A DNA stretch of 64,000 bases, taken from the NCBI RefSeq assembly GCF_006345805.1, contig NC_043000.1, positions 104,284,001 through 104,348,000 on the forward strand, written 5' to 3'. The stretch is from Octopus sinensis. Taxonomy: Eukaryota. Positions 38,058-51,590 of this stretch are shown piece after piece. The notes below the pieces were generated by a model. It was given only the letters and a program-made list of their open reading frames with translations, ran no database searches and was not told the DNA's origin. Made by a program: the position numbers and the translations under genes. Position 1 is the first letter of the stretch. Each line of letters starts with the position of its first letter.

Positions 38058-40254
38058 CCGGGGTTTTCCGAAAATCTGCCCAGGGCTGTTAAACGGAATA
38101 TTCTATTTTACAAAACTATTTTTTTTGCTTAAATAACCGCCCACCTAAAATAAGCCTCCATGGGTAGTAACATGGAAGAAAAATATTTCACCTACGAAAA
38201 ACAAAGGTATTCTCAAAAACCATACTTATTTTATACAATTCCATTGAACTTCTCTCGTTTCAGTTATCAGATACATAGACATAAAGAAGCTGAAACAGCC
38301 TTAAAAGAAGTAGCATATTAAAAAATATTCTGAAGTTAACAATGGATCTATTAGGAAATATTGAAAATTAAACTGTTGCAAACATGAATAGAAGCCTCGT
38401 ATGAACAAATAATGTACTTGGCATTTATGGTAGAATAATAACCGAATATAATAAATCTTAGAGCGAGTTATAAACAGTAGCTGCAACACATCGTGACGTA
38501 TATTTGCCATTTAAATATGGCTAACCCCTAAGGGTGGATGCTACTGTAGTTTGTAGCCCCAAGAGGACACCTCCTCCAGCTGGCTTTAGGCACACTCGTT
38601 TAATAGCACAGAAAGTGTGTCTAAAGCCAGCTGGAGGAGGTGTCTTCCTGGGGCTACAAACTACAGTAGCATCCACCCTTAGGGTTTAGCCATATTTAAA
38701 TGGCAAATATACGTCACAATAACAGAATAGTTTCAAGCTAAATATCACGAATTTCTTCATTTGATGCTTGGCCATAACTCACATCAGAGCAAATTTCACT
38801 TACTTGTATCTCATCTTCTTCAATTTTGTCATTATGTGCATCTAGCACATTTACCTCAAGGCCAGGCAAAACATCCTGTAAGAGTGAGTTTGAGGCTTAG
38901 TTCTACAGTCTGTCCACGATGAGCAATTCCACAACATTCAAAAGCACGCTTTATAGTTACTTTATTTCAAGTGGCAACAGCTTAGGTCACAAAGTTCACT
39001 ATCTCTCGATAAGAAAGTTTTTTGCGATATCCTTTATTTGTATACTCCTTTTTGTCATTTGAAAACCAAATTCTTCCATTCAGCACGAAGGTCTTTCTTG
39101 AAAGGACCAATAATTGATACATCTAACGGCTGCAAGTAAGATGTTGTTTTAGGAGGTATAAGTTTGAGAATTGTATTCCTACGTTTGAACACTTCTAGGA
39201 GCTCTGTTTTCTTGTGCACTGAGCATTCATCCATGAATAACACTGAATTTTGAGCATGGAATAGTTGTGCTGTTCTCTGCCCGAACATTTTGTCAGCCCA
39301 CAGCTGCATGAGTTCATATGTGATCGATCCTTTGTTGGAGACTGTTAAATATTCTTTAGGACCTTGATTTTAGGCATGTTTTTTCAATCCTTTAAGGATA
39401 ATCATTGTTTTCAACACCTTTCCTGCAGCATTAACACACAACACAGCAGTAAATCGAGCTTTGGTAGCATCACAGTGGCTAGCATCTACATTTTTATTGC
39501 CAACAAAGTCTATGGATGTTGAACTCAACATGTCAACGTATACAAGTGTTTCATCCATATTATAAATCTGGTCAGCATCCTTATCTGCTGTTAATACTGG
39601 AATGCTATCTAGATAGTCACTGGCGATTTGTGCCTTTTCTCCAAGTGTTTTATTGTCTGCTTGACCAACATGTGTAATCTTTCTCACAGTCAGTTTATAC
39701 CATTTCATGAAATTGACCATCCAGTTATCAGAACATCTAAAGCTGTTCATTTCAAATCCGAATCTTTTTACCAATTCAAAAGTATATTCCCGTAAACGGC
39801 GATAATTTACAATTATACTGTTTGCACGTTGAACAACAATCCATTGAAAGAGTTCAATCTATCGATCTCTATGTGCTAGTCCTCTACCTCCACCAATTGA
39901 TCTGCGCCTCCTCTTGTCTGACATATTGATTAACTCAGTTTCTTTTGTACATCGATACCTAAGTCTCTTGACGCAGCAGATAAATTACCAGAATGTTTTT
40001 TACTCGTTTAATAGCACTCAATTTTTCACAAATAGTATATGATTGTCGAACAAGTTTTGATATATTTTCTTTCGACTCTATTATCGGGAATAAAAATCCT
40101 TTGAATTTATCTACAGACGTAGAGCAAATGAACGTCTCAACAGAATGCAAACAAGAATACTAACTCTGTTTCAACTTTTAACCACAAATAACCGCCCATC
40201 AAATAAACGCCCATGGGCAATCTAATGGATGGGCGGATTTTCGGAAAACCCCGG
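38058..40254 (-). mobile_element. pogo/Tigger-like transposon, frameshifted transposase
   Basis: TIR ccgggttttccgaaaat(c/t)tgccca / tgggcggattttcggaaaaccccgg with TA on the right; fragments RQSYTICEKL (HTH), QIYNMDET, LFMDECSVH, PPKTTSYLQPLDV (DDE_1). Confidence 0.88.
38493..38717. mobile_element. Near-perfect 225-bp palindrome (MITE-like) inside the pogo element
   Basis: 103-bp arms (38493-38595, 38615-38717), 19-nt loop, about 4 mismatches. Confidence 0.85.
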
Positions 40255-41019
40255 TATTGTACAGACAGATTAACTTTGGTAAACTTGCACTTTCTTTTAC
40301 ACTGATTTTCATTTTCCCCAAATGAATCATTGATCAGAACTACCGATGCAAAAATAATTAATGATTGTATTATAAAGGAAAAGAATACAACTTTTTAATG
40401 AGAGCCATGTGTCTGGTGCGATGCAGCTAGTGCAGATACATTCGGTTTTGTCAACTTTAGCCACAAGTCTCTTCGTTGCATCACATACAATTCAATTCTT
40501 TTATGGGTAAGTAAAGTTCCAACATGACTAAAACCAGATTCAACCAGGTACGAGGTAGGGAAGGCAAGCAAAAGTAATTTCAGATGTTTCCGCAGTTTGG
40601 GGTAGGAATTCAATATACTTTGATGTTACGACAAACCTTTGCCATTACGGCAATATCACATTGTGGCGTCATTGTCATTTTGTAATTCTATCAATTCCTC
40701 CTGAACGCCGTCCTCACAATCGACTGCATCAACCTCAAACGGATTGCTATACCAATTTGGAATATTCAGCGCAATAACATCTTGAAATCACTCCATCATG
40801 TCATTGTGCAAATCGATAAAAGTGCATCCTTATTCTAGGCATGCTTAAATATAAGTAAATGCAGACCGAATTGCTAAAAATTCTTTGTCACCCACAAAAT
40901 CTTCACATCCCCCATCAAAATCTCAAATCGCCCACCATTTTCTAGAAAGTCAACCATCGCCCATCTATATGTTGAAATTGCCCACCAGTGGGCGATATCG
41001 CCCAATTTGCGAAGCTATG

Positions 41020-41230
41020 ATCTAGACTGAGTAGACTTCCAATGTTGGCTACAGGCAGGGCATCAATCCAGTCCCCTGAGAATTTGCACTAGCTGAAAGT
41101 AGGCGACACCTTGTATAAAGGTATCTAAATTATGATGATACTTGTCCAAAAAGAAGTCTACAGTGTGCTCTGCAAGACAAAAATTGTTCATCCAGGTATA
41201 ATTTTTGCCGGTATAGATCACAACCGGTTA
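41020..41230 (-). mobile_element. CRE-like retrotransposon remnant, 5' half
   Basis: ...SGDWIDALPVANIGSLLSLD rejoins ELRISIALR across the hAT TSD. Confidence 0.7.
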
Positions 41231-41576
41231 CTTGGACATTTTTATATTCTTACTAGCAGCTAAACCCGATTTCACCCGGTCTGTTTGAATGATGTGGCTG
41301 TAATCGTTTTCGGTTAGGCATAATCTATAACAGTGTTTCTCAACCTTATCATTTCGAGTCCCGTTTCCATTGGAGCCTCCAGCTGTATGAAAATTTCCTG
41401 ACCCCCCCCCCGTCAGAAAACAGCTTCAGGAGTTGTGAAGAACGAATTTGTACGTAGTCTGTTTCTGAGAGATATTCTATTGAACCTCTGTGCAATCATT
41501 AAAACATTGATTTAATTATGAACATAGAAAGAAATTATACATTAAACCCCATTTTTGTAAGCAGTTGTATCCATAA

Positions 41577-41608
<32 letters not shown>

Positions 41609-41619
41609 GTCTGTGTGTA

Positions 41620-42930
41620 AGAGTGTGTTTGTCCCCTACCACCGCTTGACAATCGCTGTTGGTATTGTTACGGAGGTAAATAAACAGAAAAACATTGTGT
41701 CCCTTGTTCCGTTGGTTGGAGTTGAACCGGCGCTCCAGTTGTTCAGGACGATGGAATCTTCTTTGTCCTGTCAACGACCACAGTAACTAATGAGCTTAGG
41801 AAGTGACACTTGATCCCAACACGGTCACGGAGAGTTGATAAAAAAATAAAAATGCCACCCTCTAAAAAGGCGACGGGCATTGGTGTTAGGAGTTCAGTTG
41901 GGAAGAGACAGTCAGTCGATGCGTGACAGCTAGCCAGAGGTGTGAGAGGAACGGACAAGGGAGATGGTGGAGATGGCGAAAGGCAACGGCAAAGCGAGGA
42001 AGACAGGCAGTGAGTTAGAGATGATGACGGCCAGAGACAGACAGGTGTAGTTTGAGATGACGGGGACGAGAGACGGTCAGTGACAAAGATGACGATTTGT
42101 AGTAGGAGTTGTGAGGTGCAGAAAATGTTGCCGGTAATATTTTGATTTGTGTTTTGAATTCTGATGTTTAGAAAGAGAAAAAGAACTGTAAAATGTGTTA
42201 GAAGAAGTGAGAGAAAAGAAATCTTTGAGAACGAACTCTCTGTGTTAGAAGAAAAAGAACATTGTGTTAGAAGGAGGAGAAAAGGAAAGAGAAAGAGACT
42301 GTTTTTAAAAGAAAGGAAAGAGAAAGACTATTTGTTTTGATTGTTTTCCGAACTCCGTATTGTGTTGCATGTTAATTGATTTGTTTAGAAAAATCGAACA
42401 GTTGTACTATGTTTAAATGTATTTGATTGTTACTCGAATTGTGTTATGTCCAAATGCGATTTGATTGTTTTCCGAACTCTGTGTATGATCTGTCAAATGT
42501 TTGTTAACCTTTGTAGTTAAATGCTTTTGTTTTGAAATGTTTTGATTTTGTGAAGTTAAAAACTGTTAAATTATGCAACTCCCGCTGACTCTCTCTCTCT
42601 TTTGTTGTTGTTGTGTCGGTTTCTGGCTTGCGTTCGCCGCTTTTTATCCACCGTTTTCTGTGGTGGACTTCCGATTTGACTGAGCGTCGTCGTCGCGACT
42701 TAGGGCCCGTGGTAGGAGTCAGGAAGGCCTAGGGTCTTAGGGTCCTGAGTGAGCGCACGGCGTAACAGTATGTTTACGTACCCGTACCTTAGTCGTTCGA
42801 CAAAAAGAATAAGTACCAGGCTTTAAAATAATAAGTGCTGGGGTCGATTCGTTCGACTCAAATTCTTCAAGGCGGTGCCCCAGCATGGCCGCAGTTTAAT
42901 GCCTGAAACAATTAAAAGCTGATATATAGA
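41620..42930 (+). mobile_element. SINE-derived repeat split by a solo LTR
   Basis: ccgcttgacaatcgctgttggtat|gtttacgtaccc...cagcatggccgcag. Uninterrupted relatives at 46540-46710, 62940-63120 and (reversed) 59600-59790. Confidence 0.75.
41666..42767. mobile_element. Solo LTR (1102 bp), probably Gypsy-type
   Basis: TG...CA ends with 7-bp terminal inverted repeat tgttacg/cgtaaca and 4-bp TSD gtat (41662-41665, 42768-42771). Confidence 0.8.
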
Positions 42931-43389
42931 GATATTATATATATGTATGTATGTATGTATGTTGGCATCCTTTTGTCTCGGGAGGCAATGGAGTTGCGCA
43001 TAAACTAATCCCGTCTGGTTTTTACATTTCATGTCCTCTCCAGTTTTGCGCTAGATGTAAGAAAATCCTGAGTAGCCCAATCGTCAGGATTCTTCTCTCG
43101 ACTTTTCTGATGTAGCCCAAAGGAGTGCAGGGCATTACAGTTGGCACCAGTTTGGTTGAAGGGGCTGCCGGAAGAGTGTCGAGTTAAATACTAAACTGCC
43201 TACGGGGCTCCACTCCGGATTTCTCTGAAGGTTGTCTCCTTTCCGTAACCCTGGATATGGATCCATACCGGTTACTGTCAGCCGGAGCCAGCTGAGCCCG
43301 GGACTCGTGTCAGGCAGGGTCGTCACTCCCTGAAGTAGTGAAGAAAATCGCTACCTATGTATGTATGTCTATATATATATACATATATA

Positions 43390-44600
43390 TTGGGTCATCC
43401 CATAAATAATGCGGTTTTCTTTATACTTCTTTTATTTTTTAAAATTAAGATGAACAAAGTTCTTTTTTAATCTAAAATATACTCTTCTATCTTTCTGGTA
43501 GACTTGCAAGGCCCCTCTTCCAAAAGTCACTTGTCCATGATGAAAAATACTCCTCCAGTACTGTTCTGACCTCGTCTACAGAATTCATATTTTTTCCATC
43601 GAAATGATTTTGAAGACTGCGGAATAAATGACAATCAGACGAGGCAGTATCCATTCAAACGGCTCCAGACTTTGGAACGTCATCCTCGCTGTATGTGGTC
43701 AAGTATTATCCTGATGGAAGAACACTTTTCGTTATGAAACCGAAGATGGTCGCTTTTCTTCTAGCGCTGACTTAAGCCGCTCAAGCTGCTCGCAGTAGAT
43801 ATCTTTTGCTATCGTGTGGTTTAGGTTTAAAAGTTCAAAGTGAACTAAACCTTTCATATCTCACCAAACAGATAACAACACCTGATGTGGGTGAAGACTT
43901 TCTTTAGCTTGGGATGCCGCTGTTTCTCTTTTCTCTATCCACTGTCTTCGGCGCTTGACATTTTTATAGAGAACTCATTTCTTGTCACTAGTCACTATTC
44001 GGTCCATTTGTGAGACGTGACAGCAAAGAAGAGTACACATTCACTCTCTGCGCACAATTAGACCCGGGAAGTTTGTGAGGAACTCATTGACTCAATTTGC
44101 TGACTTTTCCGATGGCACGCAGGTGTCAATGAATGATTGAATGAACAAATCCAAGCTTCTATCCTAGTTCCTCAACAGTTTCGATGGAATTGTTTCACCG
44201 GGGTTTGCAGGACGCCCTCGTCAAGCCCTGCAGGACAAGGCTCATCTTCTAGGCAGTAGTTTCCGGCTCAGACTTTCTGAAACCACCGTTGACACTGGCT
44301 TACGCTAATTGTCCGATCCCCATATACTGCATTAATATTCCTCGTACTTGCGTTGCGTTGTTGCCATTATTGAATTCATGAAGCAAAATATGCCGAATAT
44401 GCTCCTTTGTCACTTCCATTATAGCTTCGAAAAAATAACTGTTAAAATCGAACTGCACTCTTCAAAATTTGCACTAAGAATAAGCACAATGTAAAATTAC
44501 TACCTGCTTTTATAGCAAGTTGATGCAGGTCATTTATCCTGACTCTCTCCGATTTTAGTTCATGCAATTAAAAAACCGCATTATTTATGGGATGGCCCAG
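43390..44600 (-). mobile_element. mariner (Mos1/SETMAR-like) element, full length, transposase pseudogenised
   Basis: About 29-bp TIR ttgggtcatcccataaataatgcggtttt / aaaaccgcattatttatgggatggcccag, TA on the left; MEVTKEHIRHILLHEF...INAVYGDRTISVSQCQRWFQK. Confidence 0.9.
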
Positions 44601-44630
44601 CATGTGTGTATGTGTGTGTGTGTATATATA

Positions 44631-44677
<47 letters not shown>

Positions 44678-45469
44678 CATATATATGTATGTATGTATAT
44701 GTATACACAAACATGCATATATGAGTACAGGACGACACCAACAGTAAACAACATGAAATACGAAAACAAATGAGTTCAATACGCAAACAACGAGAGAAAC
44801 AAATGGAAAACAGGACAAGTAACACAAAGAACGACCCTTCATCAGTTGTCAGCTGTCTATCTACTCCTCATTTCGAGCATTGAACGACAATATGAGTCTT
44901 CGAAGACAGTTGCTCCTATAAGTACCAAAATAAAATTTTGGATTTATGGAGGGTCAAAGTTGGGAACAAAATCGGGACAGTGGAGACATACAAGCAAACT
45001 GATCAAAACTAAAAATGGAAGGTCGTTAGACCAGAACGAGGGTAGAATAGCGAACGCTGGAGAAATATTTTCTTTGAAAAGAGAAAAGACAGAAGAGAGA
45101 GATAGAATACGTCCAGTCCTTAGAACAATCCTGAAGGAAAAGAAAGATGATCACGTGAAGAAAAGAAAGATGGATGATGATGGTCACGTGTGAGCAGCGA
45201 GAGAGAAAAAGGGGAAAAGAAAGAGACAGATAGAAAACAGTGATGGGGAGAAAAAGGGAATTAGAGAAAAGGATGGGGGAGATACACACACACACACACA
45301 TACACATGACAGAAGTAAATAGACACATCATAAAACAGCATTTTGTTTATTCTAACTTGTAGACGTATATTTTTTTATTAATTGACATTTTTATGTTTCA
45401 GGTTCTATATGTGACTGTTTAAACATGTCATGTACAAAAGAAGTCTTGGAACTGACTGAATTCTGACTA

Positions 45470-46320
45470 AGGTGGTTTCAAAGAATCATTGTTGTTACGG
45501 GCGTGTTAATGGACCTCTTTCTCAATAATGCTCCATACATAATAGTCCAACGGATTATGATCTGGAGAATTAGGAGGCCAAATGTTAGGGGTTGTGTGAT
45601 CTTGAAAATTTTCAGCTATCCATTCCTGTGTTGCTTGAGCCTTGTGTGATGGTGCAGAGTCTTGCTAAAACACATGGCTTTCCATTGTGTACATTGTCTA
45701 TCCAGAGCTTAACAATTGTTTCCAAGACCTCAATATAGGCAGCAGAGTTAACTCTAAGGCCTTTTGGAAAGAAGTAAGGAGGCATAACATGTCCTTCATT
45801 GCTGACAGCCCTTAAAACCATGACAGTTGCATGGAATTTTGTATGCATAACTCGTGGAACTTTAGAAGGGCCTGCACATAACCATCTGTCATTTCTTATG
45901 TTAACTTTTTGATCTTGGTAGTAGTTTTTCTCGTCTGAGAAAAACCAAATTAAATCTTCTTCTGCTGAATTTTTCAGTTGGTTTAAGGGCCTTTTAGTTC
46001 TGATGCAGTAATTTGTTTTTGCTTTTTCTGACATAAATTAGCCATTCCTCACCATACAAGACTTATATTTAATGTCTTCATTACTGGTTGTTCCTTCTGA
46101 CACACAGAGATCTTTTGCAATTGACTTCATGGATTTTCTTGGATTCTAATCTGTTGAACTTACTGGATGAATTCAGGTGTTCTGATGATTTCAGAGTGTT
46201 TAGAATGCTTTTTGCATTTTGATACTCATGATACGATTCCATTTTCGGTCTCTTACTTCTTAGAAACTTCATAGATGAAAGAACTGGTGACTTTTAAAAA
46301 TCGAGATATTTCTAAATTGC
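45470..46320 (-). mobile_element. Tc1/mariner (maT/DD37D-like) transposase remnant
   Basis: FFSDEK..QDQKVN.RNDRWL...HTKF.ATVMVL.AVSNEGHVMPP.FF..GLRVN. TIRs not resolved. Confidence 0.75.
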
Positions 46321-46854
46321 TATGCTCAGCCTTTATAGCCATGATAACAGCATGCTTCTTCATTTCTTAAGTAAGCTGAGGGTCTGCTTTTATTATTTTC
46401 TGAAACAAAGATTATATAGATTATATAGCGAGCAACAAATGCTGCAGTGATGAAAAAAGGTATGTCCTCAAATACCTTACACACCCTGCATACACTCACA
46501 TGTGCACATGTGTTTCTTTGTGTCTGTGTTTGTCTCCCCATCACCACTTGTGAACCAGTGTTGATGTGCTTGCATCCCCATAACTTAGCAGTTCGGCAAA
46601 AGAGATCGATAGAATAAGTACCAGGGTCAATTCATTCTACTAAAAAAAATTCAAGGTGGTGCCCCAGCTTGGCTGCAGTCTAATGACTGAAACAAGCAAA
46701 AGATAAAAATATAAAAGATATATACATACATACAGACACACACATGTACATACACACACACACACAGTGGATCACAACTGCCCAATGAACGGAAACGTAA
46801 AACTCTGCATAGCAGTTTTTTGTGATGTTTTTGCAGCTTTTATTATAAAGTGTA

Positions 46855-46855
46855 T

Positions 46856-46924
<69 letters not shown>

Positions 46925-46956
46925 ATGTATGTATATATATATATATATTATATATA

Positions 46957-47010
<54 letters not shown>
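46855..47010. repeat. Long (TA)n microsatellite (others at 26978-27030, 44625-44700, 58945-59035; (CTAT)n at 59222-59312)
   Basis: Seen directly in the sequence. Confidence 0.95.
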
Positions 47011-47015
<5 letters not shown>

Positions 47016-47256
47016 GCAGACAGTTAGACAATATAAAAAGGACAGGAAAAACAAGGACGGGTCATTCGGAGCCTACTATCTTCAGTTGAGTTCTAGATCG
47101 TCATTGCAGTTTCAGCCAGTTACACTCAAGAAGAAAATCTAAGCTAAGAGCACTAGATTCTTTGGTAGAAAGCAAGCGAATGTATACAAAAATAATGACA
47201 AAAAAATGAAGAAATGGTACACAATTACAAATACAAACAACAGCGTACACGTTTGG

Positions 47257-47305
<49 letters not shown>

Positions 47306-49094
47306 AATACATATATATATACATACTGTTTGTTTATTGCTATGTTTGATAATTGAATGTAATTAATATGTTTGAGGGTAATCAAATGTATTTGATATCT
47401 AGTAACTTAATTGATTTCTGTCAATAACTTGAGTGTGAAAAACAGTGTTTTATTGCATTTTCAATCATCAGCTGGTGCAGCTGTATTGTATGAAAGCTGC
47501 TTATTAATTAGTTTGGAGTATGTAATTTTTACTAAAAGAAAGCAATTATTAAAGTCTATGCTGCTTACAAAGTTCTTACAAATTCTAATTTTCAAAATAT
47601 TCTCTTTTTATCAAATGTTTTTCAAGTTTCTTCTGTTATTGAAGATTTCAACTACAGAAAATTAATGTAAGTTCACTGTGAGATAGAATTTCCTACTTGT
47701 CTTCTCTGCCTGTAGAAAGTATGCAGCACATCTATGTCTAGTGGTTGTGGTGAGTAAATCTTAACCAGTCAATCAGTTAGCTTTCTTTTGGATGTAATCT
47801 AAAACCTTTGTATGTGTGTGTGAATGAGAGAGAGAGAGAGAGCAGTACCATCTCAGATATGTAAGCAGTACTCCGATGCAGGTTTGAAATTTGCATAAGA
47901 TCAAAATTAACTAGTAGTGCAATATTTTATTGCTCTAAAGAGAAAAGCTATTGATGTATTACAATGTGAAAATGCTTTGCTTCCTCTGACCTGGACATGT
48001 GAACAGCCAAGGTCCATCAGGCCTTGCCTAGGCCCACCTGATCAACTAGCCTTTCTCCTTCTCATCATTCTTATCAGGTCATATTTCTCTTCACTGTAAA
48101 TTTTGCACTAAGCATTTCACTAAACCATTCTTCTCCCGAGCACTCTCCTTGCCTATATTTTCTCTAAACTTCCAAAGTTAAAAAGAGTCTCTATGCATTT
48201 ATTCAACTTGCTAGAAATAGCAACTAAATCTCCCTTAACTCTCACTCTGTCAAAGGTTAACATCTGGCAATATGTAATGAAGTCTTATATGCAGTATACC
48301 TAACTAAAAGAAGGATGGTTATAGTTGGAACACCAACTGTATCCATCTTCCTGATTACAGGACTAATTGATCAAGGCTCACCTGGAGCTAAACATCAACA
48401 ACAAGCCAACAAGGAACCTCTTTTGTTGCATGACCTGCTAGAAAAAAACAGTCAAATTTCCCCCAAATCACACTGAATCTTCAAAGAGGAAGAATACATT
48501 AAATAGTGTAACTCCATAACACAATTTTTTTCCAGCTCAAATGGCCAACAAGGCTGTTGTTCACAAATGTATGGAGTAGATAAAAAAGATAAGGATACAT
48601 TATTCCTATAAAAAAGATTGGATGGTCACAACTAGAATGATTTTGATCACATATTTGCTAACTCAGAATTACTCTGGGTCTAAATAACAACAATTACTTC
48701 ACAGTCTAAGAAAGCCTGAAATGGTTATGATCCAGGTTCTTCTTCCTTAGACCAAAGAATGAAATAAAAATAACCAGGAAACCAACCAATGAAAATAATT
48801 TTTTGGTTAAGGATTGATGTGCCTATAGATTAGCTGTAATAGTAGTAGCAGCAATAATAACAACTCTTTTACGTCATTCATTATCTCCAATTACATAAGT
48901 AATATCCAACAGCTTTACAGCAGCAGTAGTTGTTTTGTACCTGCAGCAGTAAAAGCTAAGCTTTTACTTTCCCCCAAGGAAAAGCTATCATCATTATAGT
49001 AAGATTGCTCATATAGACCTAAACTTAAAATAGGCTATTTGTTAGGTTGGCTACAGTGGCTTAAAAATGTATACATACAAACACACACACACAC

Positions 49095-49265
49095 ACATGC
49101 AGCATGGTTGTGTAGTAAGCAGTTTGCTTTCCAACCACATGCTTCTTGGTTCAGTCCCACTGCATGCCACTTTGGACAGGTGTCTTCTTCTATAACCCCA
49201 GTCTAACTAAAGCCTTGTGAGTGGATTTGGTAGATGGAAACTGAAAGTAGCCTGTTGAGTGTGTG
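49095..49265 (+). mobile_element. tRNA-derived SINE (octopus OK-like)
   Basis: gcagcatggttgtgtagtaagcagtttgctttccaaccac...ttcagtcccactgc...aaagccttgtgagtggatttggtagatggaaactgaaag. Confidence 0.75.
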
Positions 49266-49279
49266 AATATATATATATA

Positions 49280-50080
49280 CTAGCAGCATAGCCTGGTGTT
49301 GCCCGGATATGTAAGAGCCCCTAGTAGGCAATGAATAATCCCAATCTAGTCCTTTCCCTCTAGGGAACGAAGGCACATGTGTAGGTTGCAATATCTTCTC
49401 TTCACTCCCAAATAACTATCAAACAGCTATCAAAATAACTATAATTCAACCCAATCAATTCCTACCAGGAAGAAATTACATTCGAGACTTTACCCCCAAC
49501 ACTTCTGCTAATAGCTGCTGCAGCTGCAAGTTATTCGAATACTCTTTTTGTTTAAACTTTCTTTATAACTACCATCCCAAACGTTTTACCTTAAATTTTT
49601 GACGTACCCTAAGGGTCCTCGGATGCTACTTGCAAATTCTTGGTTTATTATAAACCGCTTTTGTCGTGTGCACCAAAAAACCTTTTCTATTCGTTTGTTC
49701 AGTTTGGTCACTTTTGACTTTTTCGTTGTTGTCACTCACATTGCTGCCCGCTTTTTTGCCGTTTTTGTACATTTTTATACATTTTGGGATACTTACCCCA
49801 CATGTTCCGAGGGTTAAAAAGGTCGAGTTGCGTCCCCTAGACAGTCTGTAGAAAATGTGTTGCTTATAAAAAGCTTAGATTCTCGACCCATGTCGAATTT
49901 ATCGATTTTTTTTCAGAACTGGGGGAACTTTTCAAAATTTTCGCTGCGTTAGTTTTGAATTATGACATTGGGCTATGTGTGTGTCAAGTTTCATCAGAAT
50001 CGGTTGAAAGCCGTGGTCAGGGTGAGGGCACAACCTGACAGACACACAGACAGACAAACTGCCGTTTATATATCGAGAGA
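49280..50080 (-). mobile_element. Non-autonomous Helitron
   Basis: a|CTAG plus subterminal cc(t)gg-tgttg-cccgg hairpin at the left; ends tttatatatcgagaga|t at the right. Confidence 0.75.
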
Positions 50081-51389
50081 TGAATATGGATATCTGTGTG
50101 CGTGTGTGTCTTTGTGTTTATTCCACACTACCACTTGGTTTGTTTTTAAATCCTTGTGACTTGGAGGTTTGGCAAAAAGTCACTGATAGAATAAGTACAA
50201 GGCTTTGGAAAACATAAGTACTGAGCTCAATTTGTTTGACCTTTCAACTGTTTAAGCATTAACCACAAACACAACACAGGGAGACTAGTATAAACCACTG
50301 ACCTCACAATTGGTTGTCCAGTAACCTATCAGTTTGACCATAGACAACACCAATAATATGAAATAAACAGTTGACTTCTCAGTTGGTTACCCACTACCTT
50401 AGTGTTTCAGAAACAACTAAGAACTGTAGATACATTTGTAATTATACAAGAGTTTTAAAAGAGGATTAAAGAGAAACAGAATCAAAATGTGAAAAGACTT
50501 TTTCCACATGAAAGTTAGGGGAAAAAAATCATTATAAATACCTTCAATTTTCTAAGTAAATTTTCTCTTAAAATCTAGACTTTATGGTCTTTGTCTGGTT
50601 GTGATCATTAACATGAATTGAACTACTACATCATCATTGTTTTATGTCCACTTTTCCATGCTTGTATGGGTCAGATGGAGTTCATTGAGGCAAATTTTCT
50701 AGAGCTGGATAACTTTTCTGTCACTAACCCTAACTTGTTTCTATGCAGAGTTATATTTCCTCATTTCCTCAGTACATTGTCATATCTACTACTGATACCA
50801 CTCCCATCTATGTTCATCATTCATTATTTTCAACCCTACATACCTCTGACCTCTGTCTCAATCACTGTGCATCCCTCCTCACTACATGCATTTCACATTA
50901 TCCCATTATTTCTCATCTGTCTACATTTTATTACACCGTTGCTCTCCAGCTCCTTTTTATGCATTGCCATCTATCAACTCCTCTTCTCTAACCCTCTTCT
51001 ATTTCCTTCACCTTCACCCTAAATATTGATATTTACCATTGACCATGCCCTCACCTGTGGTTACCATTCACTGCTTACATACATACAAACTGAAAGAAAC
51101 CTGTTGTATATATATATATATACAACAGGCTTCTTTCAGTTTCCAATTCTCAAATTCATTCACAAGGTTTTGATTGGCTCAGGGCTTAAACACTTTATGG
51201 ACATGAAATCCTAGGTAACACCATAGACCAGCCATAATTATCTTCATCTGACTACTCTACTGCTCTCTAACTTAGTGTGCTTTTCTTTTGGATGTATGAT
51301 TTGCTAATGATATATAAATAGTTGTTAAAGAGGACAACAAACATTCAGGCAAGGCAAACATCTCAAGCTCTATAAAATATTATTATTGT

Positions 51390-51590
51390 ATAGGACTTGA
51401 GGATATGAAGCCAGGAAAAGCCCCTGGCCCATCAGGAATCATCGCTGAGATGCTTAAAACATCTGGTGGTGTGGGCTATGGCCTAGTCACCCATATTGTA
51501 AAACAGTTAGTTCATGATGGAGTCATACCCAATGACTGGCATAACAGCACCATAGACTACTGCTACAAAGATAAAGGTGTTGCTTGTAGG
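51390..51590 (+). mobile_element. RTE-clade LINE ORF2 fragment
   Basis: MKPGKAPGPSGIIAEMLK...IPNDW...YKDKG. Confidence 0.75.

Larger units (their letters stand above)
37778..41019 (-). mobile_element. hAT (Buster/Charlie-like) transposon, internally deleted, interrupted by a pogo element
   Basis: Ends cagtgtttcccaaact and catagcttcgcaaatt; 8-bp TSD aactagac/atctagac with central TA; dimerisation motif LLAFPTSYLVESGFS at 40395-40613. Confidence 0.85.

Noticed and set aside
43040-43345. GC-rich retroelement-like 5' region as an HDV-like ribozyme (minus strand)
   Set aside because: GAGUCCC-GG and a P4-like stem are present, but I could not build P1, P2 and P3 or find the catalytic C. An Infernal or RNArobo search would be needed.
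44820-44890. Hammerhead ribozyme (CUGAUGA and CGAAA on minus; similar CUGAAGA near 47075)
   Set aside because: Stems I-III cannot be formed around the core motifs; at most a decayed Penelope-like terminal repeat.
44562-47385. ORFs rich in YI/IY, CV and HT repeats
   Set aside because: Translations of (TA)n and (CA)n microsatellites.
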